Shown here in pieces: positions 39,213 to 53,449 of a DNA stretch of 64,000 bases; position 1 is the first letter of the stretch, and each line of letters starts with the position of its first letter. This DNA comes from Callorhinchus milii (taxonomy: Eukaryota). Both the position numbers and the translations under genes were made by a program. Location of the stretch: positions 119,600,001 through 119,664,000 of the forward strand of contig NW_024704742.1 in NCBI RefSeq assembly GCF_018977255.1, read 5' to 3'. The notes under the pieces were generated by a model, which was not told the origin of the DNA, made no database searches, and worked only from the letters and a program-made list of their open reading frames with translations.

Positions 39213-39869
39213 TTCATATTGTTATCTACAATAGGGTAGGTTTTTGTATGGATCGGAGAATGGGCTCAAACAGCTTTTCCTTGCTCCATTCTATGTCCAC
39301 AAGTATGTGATGCACCAATATTCTGGTGTTCTTTAGCGCCATGAGGTGCTCAAACAATGACTGGTGTAAACACTTTACACATTTGAAAATATGATTTCTT
39401 AAACTCATTTTAATCAAGTCCAAATAAAGTACCAGTACTATTAAATTACGGTCACTGTTTGTGCATTGAAAAGTGGTCCAATTACAATTACCAGCTTCCC
39501 CTGTGAGTGCACACCTATGGTTGGTGCATTCAATACATTTTACACTTCAGCACCAATCTTCCACTACAGCCTCAATCTTTTGACAAATATACCACTGTTT
39601 CGAAGACCAACGTTTTTTCAAAGCAACCAAATTATTGCCTGCTACTTCATTGACTGAACAGTGCAATTACCTTGTGTGTGGATTAATCCCACTCAAAAAA
39701 CCCCAATAAAACATTCTATATACTACCAGATTCGTAAATGGAGCAGTGTACAATGACACAAAACATAATGGCGTCAGTTCACTGATCACTCTGTTATTAC
39801 GTTTCATGAAAATATCTAAACTGAAATCTTTCTAAAGTTCAACATTATTGAATGTGTCCAGTATACTGG

Positions 39870-40195
39870 GACAGGGCAAAACCTTGGGCAAGTTTCCTTA
39901 CTCCACACGCCTGATAATAATCCCTCCAAAACAAAACAATAATAAATTGGTCACTTCAATCCATGACTGTTTGTGGGACACTGCTATGCACAATTGGCTG
40001 CCGCATTTCGCCCACAAATACAGTCAATTCACTTTACAGTATATTCTGTGAAGCGCTTTGGAAAGTCTAGAAGACGTGAAAAGCGCTATATCAAATGCAA
40101 GGATTATTAGGATTATTATTATTCTGTGAGCACTTCGAGACGTCCAGAAGACGTGAAAAGCGCTATATCCAAATGCAAGGAGTATTATTATTATA
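39870..40195 (+). mobile_element. SINE (short variant, head missing) with tandemly duplicated tail
   Basis: The ATTCTGTGA...GACGTGAAAAGCGCTATATC...TTATTA tail segment occurs twice. Confidence 0.88.
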
Positions 40196-40319
40196 CTAAA
40201 TACTGGTTCAAATAGCACCATTTTAGTAGTTTATGGTGAGAAGTGTGTAAAGGTTCAGTGCAGCAGAAACCTTGGTAGTACAAAGAAGCAACTAAAATCT
40301 ATTTTATTTGAAAAGATTA

Positions 40320-40667
40320 AAGGGATCCCAACTCCTCATTCACCCTAGATTTCACAGTCTAGTCCACCTCAGTGCTGGGATGTGTTGCATTCTTGGAGGT
40401 GCCATCCTTTGGATGTTCAGGTGGACAATAATGATCCCATGAAACTATTCGAAAAGACAAGGGAGTTTCTCCCAATGTCCTAGCCAATAATCTCTCAGGT
40501 AAAATTGATCATTCGCATCATGTTTGTTTGTACGACATTGCTGTGTGCGAATTTGCTGCCATGGTTACCTACAAATACATCACTACACTTTCCAGTAAAA
40601 TCCTTTGAAGCACTTTAAGACAGCTCAATAATGTGAAAGGCACTGTATTAAATGCAAGGATTATCAC
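40320..40667 (+). mobile_element. Old Deu-domain SINE
   Basis: GGAGGTGCCATCCTTTGGATG...CAGGTGGACAATAATGATCCCATGAAACTATTCGAAAAG core. Confidence 0.75.
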
Positions 40668-40847
40668 ATACAGATTCACTCTTCCTCTATTTATCGGGAT
40701 GACCATCTTATCAACATTGTGACATAAACTGGAGTACACTTCAGTTTCCTTTGTGCTTTTAATCATGTCATTTACAACTAAAAATCAAGAGAAACTGAAA
40801 ATAAAATATTTACATATTTGCCCAACTTGTAATGAGAACAGAATATA

Positions 40848-40962
40848 CAGGGTGACCAAAAAGTCGTGATAACTACCCTTTTATCTAAAATACATATATA
40901 TCATAATTTCTTTAAGATTTATTAGACATTTGTAATGGTAACATAACTTTTTGGTCACTCTG
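40848..40962. mobile_element. Tc1/mariner-type MITE, copy 2
   Basis: TA|CAGGGTGACCAAAAAGTCGTGATAAC...AACTTTTTGGTCACTCTG|TA; internal sequence homologous to 38290-38406. Confidence 0.88.
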
Positions 40963-43900
40963 TATTTTCTAACACAGTGCAATGGCCAGTTTATTCGACT
41001 TGTGGGTTAGAAGATTTGTGCAATTCAGGTTATAAAAGCATGGATTCCTCTATTCACTATTGTACATGCTCTATCTGATTGTTTTCTTCTAAGTAATTAA
41101 CTTGTTCACCAACAAAATACAATCACTACCCTTTACAGTAAATCCCGTGAAGCTGTTTGAGGTATCCTCCTGATATGAAAGATGCCATCTCAAATACAAG
41201 GAGTGCATTATTATATATGACTGTGGACAAGAGAAGGTCAATGGAACAGGATTCTAGAATCACAACCAACTGAGGTGAGCAAGAAATTACACCTGTACAA
41301 ATTATAAAGCAATATGCAAAAGAGTTTTCAAAGCTGATTTTCAAACAACTTCTCAAAGAACTGCAGTCAGTTTCAATCAATGCTAGGATTTTGACATATT
41401 CTTTTAAAAAGTTTCTATTCCTCTCTCCAGAAGATTGAATCCAATGGAGAATTCGTCCATGGGGCCATTAGGGAAGAATTCACCAGTAAGATAGTTTTTG
41501 ATTAGTCTCTTTGTGATTATAATAAATGAAATTGCAGCACAGTTCAAACCACAGAAATAGAATGATCCAATTTGCTGATTGCTCTATTCCAATGAAACAT
41601 TTAATTTTAGCTTTTGGCTGAACGCATGTTCATGTCTTGAATTCTCAGTTCCTTTTTATTAAGTCACATTTACAGAGGTCTTTTTTTCATAAATACCAGT
41701 TGGTCACACGTACCCTATCCTGGAGTTCTTTCATTATGTAAAATGATGCAACTCACTTAATCAATAATGATCAAGTATATTAATTAATGATGTATGCACA
41801 TTCAAATTAGTTGAGGCACAAGGCAACCTCAAATGCTAAAACTAATCCTTCAATACATTAATCCTCAGAGTACTAAATTTCTTCCGTAATGCATGAACAT
41901 TTTTTTATAATTTCTATACAGCAACAAAGATGACGTGCTATAAATTGTAATGGCAAGACATTATACAAGAGCATAAAGAAACCCATTATTTTTATTAATA
42001 GATTTCTCTGAATTTTATCGCAGACTCAAAAAAGTTAAAGCAGCTTTAACCACATCAATGTGCAAAGATATTACATTTCATAATGAGTTGTGGCTACGAA
42101 TAAGGTTTGTAATTAATGCTTATATGTACAGCCAATTACAATCAGACACTGAACTCTATAATAATCACTAACTATTCAGCATTAAGAAATCAATATTCCT
42201 CAGATCCCTACATTGCTACACAAATTAAAACAACATCAAAGTACATTTTTAATCAGTTGTCACACTAATCGCATTCCAGCTGTCAGGATGCATGATATTA
42301 AGTGACCATTTGAGAGATCTTAGCATCAGGGAATATGCAGATTATATTTAAGACTGCATTAAGCAATGACTTATATAGAACGCACACACACACACACATA
42401 TATATAAAAAGAATCAGAGAACGAATCAACATTGGGGCCAATCTTACCATGGGATTGCTCCAAAGTGAAATTGGCCTGGGACAGGTCACCCCATCAGCAC
42501 GAGGAGATATAAAAGCGTAAAGTGCCCTTAATATAGCCTAAAGCTAATAAGGGATCACATTCACTTTAATGATTCAATCTTCTGGTCTTGTTCTTAACAG
42601 TGCAATTATTCATTTAATATGACCGTTTCCAAGTGGCTTCCTGTATAAAGTTCATGTTTAGTGTAATCACTTCTCCACGTGAATTCAGCGAGATCAGTGC
42701 TCAACCAATGATTTGCACATTTTTACATGAAAGCACACAATAAATATTTTTTCACATCACTTCTGAGAAATAAAAGTGGATACCTTAAAAATATAAAAAC
42801 CTTGGTTTTAAGCTAGAAGAAGCTTGCCATTTCCCAACTAGTTCTCAGGATGCTCACATCAACTAGCTGCATAATGTGTGTGCACTCGTCTATAGCACTG
42901 TGATGTCCAAATTGCCCACAGTGGAAAAAAATTGCCTTAGGTGATGTGTGCCTATGGTGAGTATTACATTTATGCTTCTACTTCTACCCTCCAAACCTAT
43001 TATTCAATCCAGACTAAGGAGCAATACATTTTCCCAAACTGCAGAACAAAAAAAAATGATTGCAAAGTTGATGGAGGCAAGACAGCAGGGAAGGGTTCAG
43101 ACCACTATTACTGTAAACTACGGGAGTCTGGATTGGAAATTATTGCAGTCCAAAGGGGAGCAAATTGAAAGAACTCTTCAGCTGTTCATTCCTTCAAGCA
43201 CCATGGCAAGTCAAAACTGGAAGCCAGTTTTCAACAGTTCTTAAAAAGAACTGGTTTCCAAATTAAGACTGCATGGAAACATTTACCACAATTCAGCATT
43301 TTAAATTTTAAGACAAAATAGCATTACAGGCTGAGAAATGGTGGGATTCCTTTCTCGTGCACCCTTCTATTCCCCTCTCCTACTCCCTTCTATTCCCCTT
43401 TCCCTTTTGTACGCATCAAGTCATTTGTGTAATGTTCAACACATGGAGTGTTTGGCTCAGATTTCAAAATTATGTAGCGTTTCCAAGTTGCAACATAAGC
43501 CATTTAAGGGTGTAATCAAAGCTCTCCCACTCCATGCTTAATTGAAATTATCAGTGTTTCCTTTGCAGAACTTCATTACAAAAGCTGTCAAGCTTGCTAT
43601 TCTAACGAGCTCGGGAATCCAGACTCCAAATAATACTTTACATTTATTCACTGGGTCAATTAGAAATTTTAAATAAGCTGCCAGTCAAGAATAAATATAC
43701 ATGACGTTTACAAATCAGTTACATTATTCATTTAGAGTGAAATAATAGTGTTCCTAATTCAAAATATTTGTAATGTTAGTGCAATACTGTAGATTAAATG
43801 ATAAATAAACTAAACCCAATATACATGGGAAACAATCACTTACAGAAGTTACAGAAGGATAAGGTCCTCTTTTTAGCTCTAAATACATCACTTGCTTAAC

Positions 43901-44313
43901 TCATGGGAGATAGCGTTGATGTGCAGCTTTAAATCACAATGGCTGAGAAATGCATCACTTGAGTATGTGATTTGAAGTAAGCAATTAATTTCAATTGCAC
44001 AAGTGGCATCATTGTCTCACATTTTGTAATGCATTCCCAAATCCAAAGAGGTACAACAGCAAAAATTTACACTGATGAAGTGCTCTTCATGTTAGAAAGA
44101 CGTCTCAAACTGCTTCACACAACTGAGCTGAGGGGGTTGGGGAAGTGGGAGGGAGGAGGAAAGAAGATAGTTAAAAGAGGTTGACAACAGAAGATCTCAA
44201 GTTGGAAAGGGAGAGAGCCTGAAGAAGAGACTCCAGGAATAGAGTTCCAGAGGCGAGGGAATATTGTTAAGTGAGATATAGATGAAGCAGGGGATAGAGC
44301 TTGTATTGTCTAT

Positions 44314-46306
44314 AATTTCCAGCAAACGCATATTCCTTTGAGAAATAAAAATTCCATGGGACAAGTGGTTCAACCATCCTAACTAGAGAAGTTAAGGAAA
44401 GTATAACATTGAAAGAAGAGGCCTCTAATATTGCCAAAAAGAGCTGTAAACCTGGGGATTGGGAGGGTTTTAGAGATCAGTAAAGGATAACCATAAATTG
44501 ATTAAGTGGGAGAAAATGGAATATGAGAGTAAACTAGCTAGAGATATAAAGACTTTTACGAGTATATAAAGAGGAAGAGATTAACAAATGTAAATGTGGG
44601 TCCCTTACAGACAGATACAGGAGAAATTATAATGGGGAATAAAGAAATAGCAGAGTCATTAAACAAATATTTTGCTTCTGTCTTCACGTTAGAAGATATT
44701 AAAAACTTACCAAAAATAGTGGGGAACCAAGAGAGGAACTTAAAGAAATGAATATCAGTAAAGTAATAGTACTAGAGAAATTGAAGGGACTAAAAACTGA
44801 TAAATGTCCTGGACCTGATAGCCTGCGTCCTAGGGTTTTATAAGAGGTGGCTGCAGAGATAGTGGATGCGTTGTTTTTGATGTTCCCAAATTCCCTGGAT
44901 TCTGGAACAGTTCCCGTTGATTGGAAGGTCGCAAACGTAACAGCGCTATTCAAGAAGGGTAGGAGAGAAAAAATGGGGAACTATAGACCAATTAGCCCGA
45001 CATCGGTGGTTGGGAAAATTCTAGTCTATAATTAGGGACGTCATTGTGGGGCACTTAGAAAGTCATAATATGATTAGGCAGAGTTAACAAGGTTTTATGA
45101 AAAGGAAATCATGTTTAACAAATCTTTTAGATAGGGGGGAACTAGTAGATAAAGTGTATTTGGATTTTCAGAAGGCATTCGACAAGGTGCCACATAAAAG
45201 GTTGTTACATAAGATTAGGGCTCATGGAATTAAGAGTAATATATTAGCATGGATCGAAGAGTGGTTAAACAGGCAGAAAACAGAGTAGGGATAAATAGGT
45301 CCTTCTTAGATTGGCAGATTGTGACTAGTGGAGTGCCACAAGGATCAGTGCTTGGGCCTCAACTGTTTACAGTCGACATCAAGGAAACAGAGCTTAATGT
45401 ATCTCAATTTGCAGACGATACAAAGCTAGGTGGGACAGTAAGCTGTGAAGAGGACACACGGAAGATGCAATGGGATAGAGACAGGTTAAGTGAATGGGCA
45501 AGAAGGTGGCAGATGGAGTATAATGTGGGGAAGTGTGAAGTTATTCACCTAGGTAGAAAAAGTAGAAAAGCAGATTATTTTCTAGAGGGGGAGAGACTAG
45601 ATAGTGTTAGTATTCAGAGGGATTTAGGTGTCCTTGTACACCAACCACAGAAAGTTAGTATGCAGGTACAGCAAGCAATTAGAAAGGCTAATAGCATGTT
45701 AACGTTTATTGCAAAGAGGTTAGAATACAAGAATAGGGAAGCCTTGCTGCAATTGTATAGGGCCTTGGTGAGACCGCACCTGGAATATTGTGTGCAGTTT
45801 TCGTTTCCTTATCTAAGAAAGGATATACTCGCCTTAGAGGAGGTGCAACATAGGTTCACTAGGTTGGTTCCTGGGATGAGGGGGTTGACCTACGAAGAGA
45901 GGTTGAGTAGACTAGGCCTATATTCTCTATAGAAGAATTAGAGGTGATCTTATAGAAACCTATACGATTCTTAAGGGTTTTGACAGGGTAGATATTGTGA
46001 GACTGTTTTCCCTGGTTGGAGAATCTAAAACTAGGAGCTCATAGGCTCAGGATTAAAGGTCAGCCTTTTAGAACTGAGTTGAGAAAACATTTCTTCACTC
46101 AGAAGTTAGTGTGGATGCTCATTGAACATATTCGAGACTGAGATCGATAGATTTTTAAAAACTAAAGGGATTAAGGAATATGGGGATAGGGCAGGTAAAT
46201 GGAATTCGGTTAGAAGATCGGCCATGATCTTATTCAATGGCGGGGCAGGCTCGAGGGGCCGAATGGCCTACTCCTGCTCCTATTTTTTATGTTCTTATGT
46301 TCTTAT
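44314..46306 (+). mobile_element. CR1 LINE, 5'-truncated (about 2 kb), decayed reverse transcriptase ORF
   Basis: Peptides [66 protein letters not shown] with stops and frameshifts; (TTCTTATG)n tail. Confidence 0.96.
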
Positions 46307-48139
46307 GAAAGTTCAAAGCTTTTAACATACAGCACAAATTCTTTATTCATCGAGTTTTCATAATCATTTATAGAGAAAAAACTAGCCTGGATCGTTTTGC
46401 AGTTTTGCTTAAATAAATTGTTCCCCACCTGTAAATATTGTCAAAGAATTGTGGGATCTGTTGCAATCGTAGTATCTGAAAATAAACTTTGCTGCTGAGA
46501 ACCCACATTGCAGTCTCTGGAATTTTAAAGCACTGTTTCCCACAGCATAGATAGCTGTATTGGGAATTCATGTCCACTGGATCCAACAATTTATTTCATT
46601 GCGATCTAACAATTTTAAGCTACAAAGGCACAAACAGGTCTGAAAACAAGAACTTCTACAATACACTCGGATTCCTCTTCACTGGGGAAAAAAAGTATTG
46701 CTAAAAACATATTTAATTAGTCTTGCACATAATAAATAGAATGAATTAACTAGCTTCCGTAATACACACTATCTCTCTCTCCTGGATACAGCAGGCATTA
46801 AAAAGCTACCCTAGGCTGCATTAAAAGCTCAGAAAGTGCTCCAGGGTTTTTTTTAGGAATATTGTTAAGTGGGATATATATGAAGTAGGGGATAGAGCTT
46901 CTATAGTCTATGAAAGTTCAAGGCTTTGAATTCCTGTGTTCCAGACAAGAGCAGTAATTACAGCATTCAGTCGCATTTCTGACAGCATGAAAATGGGAAG
47001 GGGTTATTAAAAGCCTGTTCCAGAAAAAGTTCAATGGCGCAGATCTGTTCACAGCAGACAGGGATGTTTTGCCTTCCCATTTTTAATCTTTCTTTTTTGT
47101 CAGCCGGGATGAATCCTGCTTATCTAATTCTGGAAAGTATCAGGCGCAGGTGAGCAAGAGCCATGGCTTCGTGACCCAATATTTATTTTAATATTAGAAA
47201 TGTTAATATTATATACATCTGTCGAGCACAGTTTAAGCCTATGACAGAAAACAGATCACTACTGGTACAGTATCTAGTTCAGACAATGGGAAGTGATCCA
47301 AATCACGCCATAGCGTAACAATAGATTTAGAGCCACAGTACCATTTCACATTTCCTATTTTGGGCCTATGAGCAGTTTTCTATCAAGATTTGGGAATACA
47401 CTGAACTATCTTGTATAAAAATGAATATTTCCCAGATCTCTGAGAATCAGCCTGGAAAGGCACCATATGGAGCATATGGAGACTGACAGGCACACTGCTA
47501 TAAGCGCAGCGTTTTGATGCCCTGAATCCCTTAACTGAATTAGCAAATGTCCAAGGTGGTATTTCATTCCATACTTCAAAATCAGCACAACCTATAGTTT
47601 TATCCAAAGTGGAGATTTTTCTCAAGAAAAATTCATTTAATGCAACACTTCATTCCAATTGTGGAATCTTACAAAGATAATTTAATTGGCCTCAGACTCC
47701 CAACTACTGCTCCCTTCAAAATCATTACAGCAGGTATCACACATTCTTCAAATCAAAGGCTGGAAGGCTGAGCGTTGGAAAGTTCATACTTATAATAAAT
47801 AATGAATGCTCTCCCGAAGCTGGAGAATAGACACATCAATGTGCAAAGCTCCACAGTAGCCCTCAAATGTTTCATAAACCCTAAGGGCTTTGATACTTCA
47901 ATTCATGTAAATACAGATTCATGCGGTGGGGGAGAAAGGGGAAAAAAATCAAACAAATATAATTGTGGGTAATTAACACAACATCAGTATCACAGTTATT
48001 TTGTAACTTTTCCCCTCTACTCCCTCCACCTCCCACCCCCCCACACAAAAAAAATTATCAGAATGGAATTTTTCTTTTTTTTAAAAAAAATGTATTACAT
48101 GTACTACACAGGTTTCCTCTGTACACAAAAAGCACTCAC

Positions 48140-48264
48140 CAGACTGGCAGACAGAGAAGGAGCTGACTGCCCCAGCATCTGGCTGCGCATTCGAACAAGG
48201 TTTGATGTTTCCACCGTTTGTTGCCATGATAGCTGTGCAGAAGCAGGTGGCAGAAGGTATTTTC
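48140..48264 (-). CDS. MAST4: MAST-family kinase internal coding exon (125 nt, phase 1 to 0): (G)KYLLPPASAQLSWQQTVETSNLVRMRSQMLGQSAPSLSASL
   Basis: ttcaaattgcag|GAAAATAC...GCCAGTCTG|gtgagt; the ETSNLVRMRSQ.LGQSAPSL motif matches the MAST4/MAST2 N-terminal region; the phase joins the exon at 54401. Confidence 0.92.
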
Positions 48265-49312
48265 CTGCAATTTGAAAAAAAATAATAGTTCAACAGCAGC
48301 TAGTGTCAGCATCGGACCCTGTATTTCAATATCTTTTGAATAACGGGAGGAATATTCTTAGTCATAAAATTATTACGCATGATAAAAGGTCTGACAAAAG
48401 CCTTTGAAAAAAGTAAGTAAAAATACACGTGTGTAATTACAGCTACCAGAGAGACAGCGCCATTAGCCCCCTTTCTGTCTCTCCTGGTATCATCGCCATT
48501 ACTATAACTCACTTGTCAATGCTCCATCCTAGGAAAAACTAGCAACATCCTTACAAACTTGGGGTGAGTGCACAACCTTGACAATAGACTGCTCAAACAG
48601 CTGTTTTCAGTGGAATGGAAGTGGCTCATTTTCTTTTACATTGGTTCAGAGAACAGTTAGACTCAAGAAGCTCAGGACAATCTGTCGTTGAGTACATTGA
48701 CTGTCCAGCACTTTCAGAGTGACTGCTCGGGATCTTATTTACAGCTGTTCCTCAGCAAGAGATGCTCTGAGCACAGAATATATATGGAGCAAATCAGCAG
48801 CACATCTTTTTACCATTGACAGCAACATCAGACAAAGTACCTGGCGTCTTGTAACCTCTTGCACTACACATTTAAGAATTGTTGCACTCTGGCAGTTCTT
48901 TGGAGTCTCTTTTAAGGTTGAATTTTCTGTCTAGATAACGATCAAGTATCTAATGTATTCCGATCATTTTTCCCTAGACAATGATCGTGTATCTCTAAGC
49001 CTAACCGATTCTGCCCATGCTTCTGCACAATCAAACCTTGCAAATAGTTCAGCTATTCGTATGCATTCTCTGTTGCTGCAATGTTATAATCTGTCACAAT
49101 GCCACAAAATGCTATTTGTGCTCATTTCTGAGTGATACGACCTGACATTCTTGAAGATTTGTTCCTTGTCAAAGTCATACTTCTAACCTGGGTGATACCT
49201 TCATATTTTGAACATGACCATCTTAAGTGTTAAGCTCCTTGAGCTGCTAGATTATGCTGTTTTCAGTCAATGCAAGTCCTCACTATCTGTCAGTTGACTA
49301 GAGACCATTCTG

Positions 49313-49607
49313 ATTAGAGCACTCACTTTGCAAGTAAGAGACCTGAGTTCAATTCCAGGCAGGGCAAAACCTTGGGCAAGTTTCCTTACTCCACACACCT
49401 AATAATAATCCCTCCAAAACCAAAAACAATAATAAAATTGGTCATTTTCAATCTACGACTGTTTGCGGGATATTGCTGTGCGCAATTAGCAGCCGCGTTC
49501 ACCCACAAATATACAGTCAATTCACTTTACAGTGTGTTCTGTGAAGCACTTTGGGACGTCCTCCCAACGTGAAAAGCGCTATATCAAATGCAAGGATTAT
49601 TATTATA
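49313..49607 (+). mobile_element. tRNA-Ala-derived SINE (short variant), nearly full-length
   Basis: TTAGAGCACTCACTTTGCAAG...GAGTTCAATTCC head through (TTA)n tail. Confidence 0.9.
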
Positions 49608-50624
49608 ATCCTCTTAGTTTGTGATCATAAGAAAGAAAGACAGGCGTGGGGGAACTACAAAAGGCTATTCTGTGCCTCCAGTGTTGCCTCATTTAGTCTT
49701 GCGTTCAGGGCGAGTAGAAAACATTTTTCTCTCTCAGCTCAATACACCCACTTACTTTCAATTGAATCAAAAATCTAGTTTAAGAAATTGTTCACCTGAA
49801 TTCACATTGTGCTTGGTGACGGTTTATTCCATAAATGTAATCTAAATAGCTACTCCTCAAAGTACATTTAGCATGTAGTTTCATCATCCTACAATCACCT
49901 CTCTAGTTCCCGCTCTCCTACATTCATGATAGCTTTTCAATTACTCAACGGCATATAACCACAGGTCTAGATATCAATCACTGTACCGAGGGTGATATAT
50001 AAGCAGTTAAGTTACCAGAGAAATGGCCTCCAATTAGTTCCCCTCTCAACACCTCATATCAGAGATTAGTAAATCACCAGACCAAAAACCACAGGCACCA
50101 GTCTGCTTTCTACCAATATGTCGCACAGCAGAGTTGCACAGCAACTCAATGGGCTGCCTTATTGAAAGGTTTATCATTACTGGGTTATATTGTGTATTCT
50201 GTTTTTTTCCAAGTTGTAATGTAGACATCTAGAAGGCATCAGGAATGCCTCCTGTCTGTGATCAGCATCTAATCATTATGCTGAAGTCATTTTTATTCTC
50301 TAACAAATACTCAGAAATAGACATTTTACTTTTTACATTGTTTTGTAGCAATGTTGAAACATTTCCTAGAGCGTATGCAATGAGTAAAATGTGTTAGCAT
50401 TACAACAATCCACCTTATTTACATGCTCCTCTGTGTCTCTTACCTATAAATCCCTTCATGCCCTAGCACTTCCCTATCAGTCTCTGTGATTTTCCCCTAC
50501 CCCATCCTTCCGCTCATCAAAATTGGGTCTGCTGTCAATATCCCAGCCCCACCATTGGTGGCCAAGTCTTCAGTAGCTACGCCCCACCCCCAACCTCCCT
50601 CTTTGTACCCTTCAGTGATCCCTC

Positions 50625-51540
50625 AACAACAATAATTTGTACTTATATTTCATGTAGGAGGGGGAGTATCTCAAAGCACTTTCCAAAGCCTGAGTGGCAG
50701 TGGGAGCTGGGAGAGAGAACTGAAGTATTTAAAGATAAGGATGAGAATCTTAAAGTTGATTCGCTGAGGAATAGGGAGCAGTGGAACCAGTGAGTGTGGG
50801 TGGCAATAGTGGGTTTTGATGCAAAAGCTGAGAGGAGGGATGGGGGATATGGAGGAAGCAGAGATAGCAGAGATAGCAGAGTAGCTGGCTTTGATTGTAG
50901 AGACCAGGAAGTCCATAACCTCCACACATTTGGTGTTTGAGGTGAGGATGTTGGGCAAAGCACATGGTTGGTGTTGGGAGAAAAGAAGCCCAGAGTTATT
51001 TCTAAGGAGGATTTGGCTATGGAGAGGGAAGATGGTAAGTTTTAGTGTGGTCCAACTACATCAGATTTGAGCTATATGTGCTCCAATGTACAGGCTATTG
51101 AATTTTATGTTTGAAGATGACTATTATACCTGAGGAATTTGTGATGATAGGAAACAATTCAGGTTTCAACAGGAGTGCAAACGGTGAGGTAGTTGTTTAT
51201 CAGCTCAACAGGCACATTGAGGTCATGACGAGTGGAGGGATAGGGGGGAAGGAGTTCAGAAGACTTGAGGGAATTAGAGAGTTTTCTCCAAGGGTGGAAC
51301 AACATGATGATGGTCTTAGCAGTAGAAAGAAGGATATTTTGTGGTAAGGGAGAAGAAGAAATGATCTGAGATAGCCTGGTCAGAAATGGACATGGATCCC
51401 TCTGACCCAAATGGACAGTTGATAGCAGCCGAAGAAGATGTTTCTGTGTGATAAAAAACTGGTCTATTGTGAATGTAGGGAACAAATTGCTTCACGCGAG
51501 AAGGAAAGACTATGCTTACCGGGAAGCACAACCACCACAA
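50625..51540 (-). mobile_element. Old, heavily decayed L2 LINE fragments
   Basis: Reverse peptide LPIPQRINFKILILIFK (L2 C-terminus) and an L2-type tail; the upstream part is only weakly recognisable. Confidence 0.55.
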
Positions 51541-53261
51541 GGGAATTCCACTTCTAGAGACCCCAGCTGGTGTTACAGATAAAGCACAGTCTCACTCCAA
51601 AAAATTCAAAGAAGATAAAAACTTTTATGCAAACAGGAATTCTGAATGACATTCATTATAAATTAAGTCCCCCCACATAATGTAGCCTGTTATCCTAATT
51701 ACAATGAAACTTTCTGTGAAAACGCTCACCACATTTATTATTATTTAAATCATAAGTTGGATGTCAGGAATAGATAATACATAATAGAACTGAGAATCCT
51801 ACGAAAAAAATTCTCTCAGGAAATGCCAAATCTGGGTAAAACAAAATTTTGACATCTCAAACGTGCTTCACATAGTTGACCGGGAGTCAAAAAAAGTGGG
51901 AGGGCAAAGGTGGCCAAAAGCACGGTTGAAGAGATGTGGCTTAAGGTGAGTTTTGAAGGCAGAGAAGGAAGGGGAAAGAAGGAGTTTTAGAGCAGAGGCA
52001 AAGATAACTGAAAGTTTCCCACTGATGGTGGGGCAGATTGGTAGGGAACATGAAGTACAGCAGTGTTTGTTGGTCAGAGGAGCAATCAGGGGAATAGGTC
52101 ACAGAAGGTCGCAGAGGTAGGATGGGCAAGGCTTTTGAGAGAATAAAACCAGAGGAATAAGTTGGCCCAAACATTTAGAATAACTGGAACAAACCAATGT
52201 AAATAAACAATCTCACCACCAAAGTTTCTTCCAATAGTTGAACAATTTACAAGTATAATCGTACAACCATCTTATTGTTTGCAGTGTTCTTTTGTGTACA
52301 CATTCTTAAAATGATTCAAGAACATTATATTCCTTTATCTCAACCCAAGCAAAATCAGAAAAACATATTCCCACTACTTTTCCAAGTAATCTTCCATCAA
52401 CAGAGCTATTGTGAACATAAATTTATTCCCAATAGGTCAACATTTTTGGATCAACACACTCCCAGCAGGGGGTGGCATGTGTTCAACTGCTCTGTACATT
52501 CTTTGGTAAGATTTTTTTTAAAAACAATAAATGGGTCACACAACTGTCTATTTTAATTCATTCTTCCTGTAGGAAAAAAAAGCTACTATTTTTTTTTAGT
52601 TCATGCCCTTTAATTTGACCTAAGTTTTTGGAACACGACATTTGCTTAACGTAGCAAAAACATTTCAGTCTCCTCATGTTGAGATAAAGACAGGTCATTG
52701 ATAATGCTTCATAAATTAATAGAGTGCTATCATCTTCAAAATTGGCATCCCATTGAACAGTTGAACCAGTTACAAGCTTGTTTGAAGAAATTACTTAATT
52801 GATTAACTCAATATTAAATCTGAACTGGGAATATTGGGTAAATTGGTTTAGAGACACTGTAGGCATCACTAAATTAATATAAACGCTTAGCTGTACAAAA
52901 GATCTCCTGAAACTATTCAACTACATTCTTATTCAATTTTGGCATCCAAAAGAAGTGGGGGTTTCACCCACAAATATATGGTCAATTCACTTTACAGCAT
53001 ATTCTGTAAAGCCTTTGAGACGTCTAGAAGGCGTGAAAAGCGCTATATCAAATGCAAAGAATATTATTATTATATATTAGATATACATGCGTTATCTATG
53101 ATCTTATATCCTAAGCAAAATCCAGTATAGAACTTAGTTTTGTTACATATTGGTTGCTTGTTTTACATATATATAGAACAATTTTACAAACTTGATTCTG
53201 GCCACATTCTATTACTGTATTGAACACTTACTTAAAATGCAAACAAATAATATTTACTGCA

Positions 53262-53449
53262 GGTCAAGCAGCATCTATGGAGAAAGGTAAGTGGGTCAAC
53301 GTTTCGGGTCCTTGACGCTTTGTTTTGACGAAGGGTCGTGGACCCAAAACATTGACCCATTTTCCTTTCTCCATAGATGCTGCCTGACCTGCTAAGTGTT
53401 CCCAGCGATCTCCGTTTTTGTTTCAGATTTCCAGCAACAATATTTTGCG
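53262..53449. mobile_element. Hairpin element, probably Penelope-like, flanked by a 14-bp target-site duplication
   Basis: Arms GCAGGTCAAGCAGCATCTATGGAGAAAGG...GTTTCGGGTCC and GGACCCAAAAC...CCTTTCTCCATAGATGCTGCCTGACCTGC; TAATATTTACTGCA at 53248-53261 and 53450-53463. Confidence 0.8.

Noticed and set aside
45249..45932. 227-aa reverse transcriptase ORF suggesting an active element or RT-based system
   Set aside because: Fragment of a 5'-truncated CR1 with stops, frameshifts and deletions
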